Assembly: GCF_964355755.1 (NCBI RefSeq)
Contig: NC_092674.1
Coordinates: 10,850,001 to 10,914,000, forward strand
DNA length: 64,000 nt
Source: Antedon mediterranea
Lineage: Eukaryota; Animalia; Echinodermata
Direction: 5' to 3'
Under the pieces are notes generated by a model that searched no databases, had not been told where the DNA came from, and saw nothing but the letters and a program-made list of their open reading frames with translations. Numbering within the stretch: position 1 is the first letter of the stretch; every line of letters starts with the position of its first letter. This document shows, piece after piece, positions 62,801 through 64,000 of this stretch. The position numbers were made by a program, and so were the translations under genes.

Positions 62801-63957
62801 TCATGCTATAGCAAAAGTTATCCACTGTATATCCACCATCTTTTTTCCCCGTCTAGGGAGTCTATCAGACATGTTATTACATTAGGTTAACTACCTAACT
62901 ACTGAAAAAAAGTCTTCCTGGTTTTTATTGAAGAATTATGCCAAATTTTGTATTTGACCATATTAAGGGAAATTCTTGTTTTTTGTCTCGATTTCTGTTA
63001 CAAATATTTGATTTATGTACAATTAACCAAATATTATATTTAAAATTCATGCCTGTACCTGAGCTTTAAGAATAAGATCATGCTGTGTTACAAAACTTTC
63101 TTACTAAACAAACATGAAAAATGAAGATTAATAAAAACAGACATTTTGCAGTTTTAATAAAGTTATTCACTTCTGTAAAAAAAAAAACAACAAAAATATT
63201 TCACTTAGAAATACAAAGGAAACGTTTAATTTTAAACAAAAATTTTTTCTTTAAATTACATTTTTTCAGGTAAATAATTTTTTTTTTCTATCTTGTTTTC
63301 TGTCAACATTCCATAAAAATCACAGTGGACATTATATGGTATAGCTGGACTCTATTTTATTTCAGAGTATACAAGCACATTGTGCCAACTTGACCTATAG
63401 CAGGTCAACTCTCAAGCCAGCTTTCCACTAGCCAAATTTGTTTGTGTGAATCAAAAGGGTCAACTTATACGCAAGTGAATTTATATTTTCATCTCCAAAT
63501 CCCTATCTGCAACAAATTCTAGATTCTTGAGTTTTTTTTTGCAGTGAAATTAGTATTTGGGATAGTTTCTACTTTTTACAAAGCGAAAACAAATTATACA
63601 ACCAATCAGATTCAGGAATTGAGTTATGATGCATTCTCATGTATGGAAAGATAGCGTTTGTTATTCACACAAAAAAAAATCTAGTGGAAAACAGGCTTTA
63701 TAAAATAACCATGAACTTACAATATTATCAATGTTAACTCCAGATGAAAGTGCATTTGGCATCATTTTACCATCACTTTGCATGGAACTTTTACCACCTT
63801 TGTCTCCTACTCCTCCACCTTTACTAGCACCAGCATTACCAAGTTGAGGAGGAGCAGATATAGGTAATGCATTGTGGGATGAGCCCACACTACTTTGAGA
63901 CATGGTTGGAGATGGTATAGGTTGATTAGGGAGGCTATTGTTGCCTTGAATTGGCAT
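44820..63957 (-). CDS. CREBBP: CREB-binding protein / p300 histone acetyltransferase, 3' part (bromo, RING, PHD, HAT, ZZ, TAZ2, NCBD, Q-rich); 5' exons lie beyond the window
   Basis: Exons 63957-63721, 62392-61981, 60780-60662, 60565-60326, 59916-59828, 57550(or 57580)-57467, 56294-56238, 55744-55667, 55138-55071, 53810-53663, 52366-52220, 51261-51148, 50619-50454, 49873-49697, 49255-49091, 47827-47549, 46856-44820. Motifs [84 protein letters not shown] and [10 protein letters not shown]. Confidence 0.97.
47105..47255. repeat. 34-bp minisatellite (~4.4 copies) inside a Tc1/mariner-type MITE remnant (about 47073-47450)
   Basis: ATCTCTATTACTGGGACACCCCAATTCAGGAGAC repeated; upstream TACAGTAACCTCT terminus; related sequence at about 20770-20845. 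Confidence 0.85.
48316..48540. repeat. 112-bp tandem duplication (2 copies)
   Basis: TATTTATGGACCACATCAAAATG...GTCATTAAACAG occurs twice. Confidence 0.85.
48716..48810. mobile_element. 95-bp MITE with 23-bp perfect TIRs (Harbinger-like)
   Basis: TCCAGTGGCCGTATTCACCAATC...GATTGGTGAATACGGCCACTGGA. Confidence 0.75.
50692..50816. mobile_element. Short palindromic MITE family (CTCTGTCTACACTATCAA...TTGATAGTGTAGAC), Harbinger-like
   Basis: Further copies at about 48892-49075 and 56436-56520; related elements at about 15300-15575 and 51505-51555. Confidence 0.65.
51225..51402 (-). repeat. 73-bp tandem repeat (~2.4 copies) that duplicates a CBP HAT exon acceptor
   Basis: GAAATGTACACTAT...GGCAATATAAACTCTCCTGTAACATAAAAAAATATCAAGG starts at 51225 and 51298, with a partial third copy at 51371. 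Confidence 0.88.
52645..53237. mobile_element. Kolobok-like non-autonomous DNA transposon, copy 1
   Basis: TTAA|AGGCCAGGTGCGGGCA...TGCCTGTACCTGAGCT|TTAA; highly similar to 62490-63065. Confidence 0.8.
53960..54862. mobile_element. Tc1/mariner (pogo/Tigger-like) non-autonomous element
   Basis: TA|CAGTCGACCT...AGGTCGACTG|TA, with subterminal TTACGAAC repeats. Confidence 0.75.
55255..55640. repeat. Degenerate ~30-bp minisatellite
   Basis: GCAGGTGCCATTTTGTGGCCAACTTT variants repeated about 12 times. Confidence 0.85.
58520..58672. repeat. 15-bp minisatellite
   Basis: (TGCCCTCTGGTTCCC)n, about 10 copies. Confidence 0.9.
58888..59795. repeat. 51-bp minisatellite, ~18 near-identical copies
   Basis: CTAGTTATGGGTGGGAGTGAAC(A/T)TAATTCAGTGGTTCTATGGTTACAATAA head-to-tail with no unique spacers. 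Confidence 0.95.
61725..61910. repeat. ~186-bp fold-back palindrome
   Basis: ACAGATATTG..GGTTAAATATAAGATTTGACATCCCC...GGGAATATATATTTCCC, a short loop, then GGGAAATATATATTCCC...GGGGATGTCAAATCTTATATTTAACC..CAATATCTGT. Confidence 0.9.
62490..63065. mobile_element. Kolobok-like non-autonomous DNA transposon, copy 2
   Basis: TTAA-flanked, same TIRs and internal sequence as 52645-53237, same orientation. Confidence 0.8.
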
Positions 63958-64000
63958 CTGTCACAAAGAAAATATACATATAATTAGATGCCTAAACACA

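Overview
AT-rich, intron-rich eukaryotic genomic DNA, most likely from a marine invertebrate (a deuterostome such as an echinoderm is plausible but not proven). Six spliced protein-coding genes were reconstructed by hand from splice sites and frame continuity. (1-2) Two tandem paralogues encode a TPR-like helical protein with a C-terminal HPD-containing J-like domain (4401-6747 and 9364-11079, +). (3) An EGF + trypsin-fold serine protease resembles coagulation factors but lacks the canonical activation site (15687-18523, +; 5' end not found). (4) A secreted potato-inhibitor-I/eglin-type protease inhibitor (28545-24613, -). (5) A bifunctional-type soluble epoxide hydrolase, EPHX2-like (30353-41733, +, 17 coding exons). 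(6) The 3' part of CBP/p300 (63957-44820, -). Introns and intergenic DNA carry two truncated LINEs, tRNA-derived Deu/Nin-type SINEs, many non-autonomous DNA transposons and several minisatellites. The most notable observations are a Penelope-like retroelement relic with an inverted terminal repeat and a hammerhead ribozyme motif in each arm (21471-21827), a 30-nt in-frame alternative acceptor in the CBP RING exon with nearby TGCATG motifs, two GC-AG introns, and three tandem duplications that copy exon boundaries. No CRISPR array or prokaryotic system is present. All calls come from manual reading; no database search was run.
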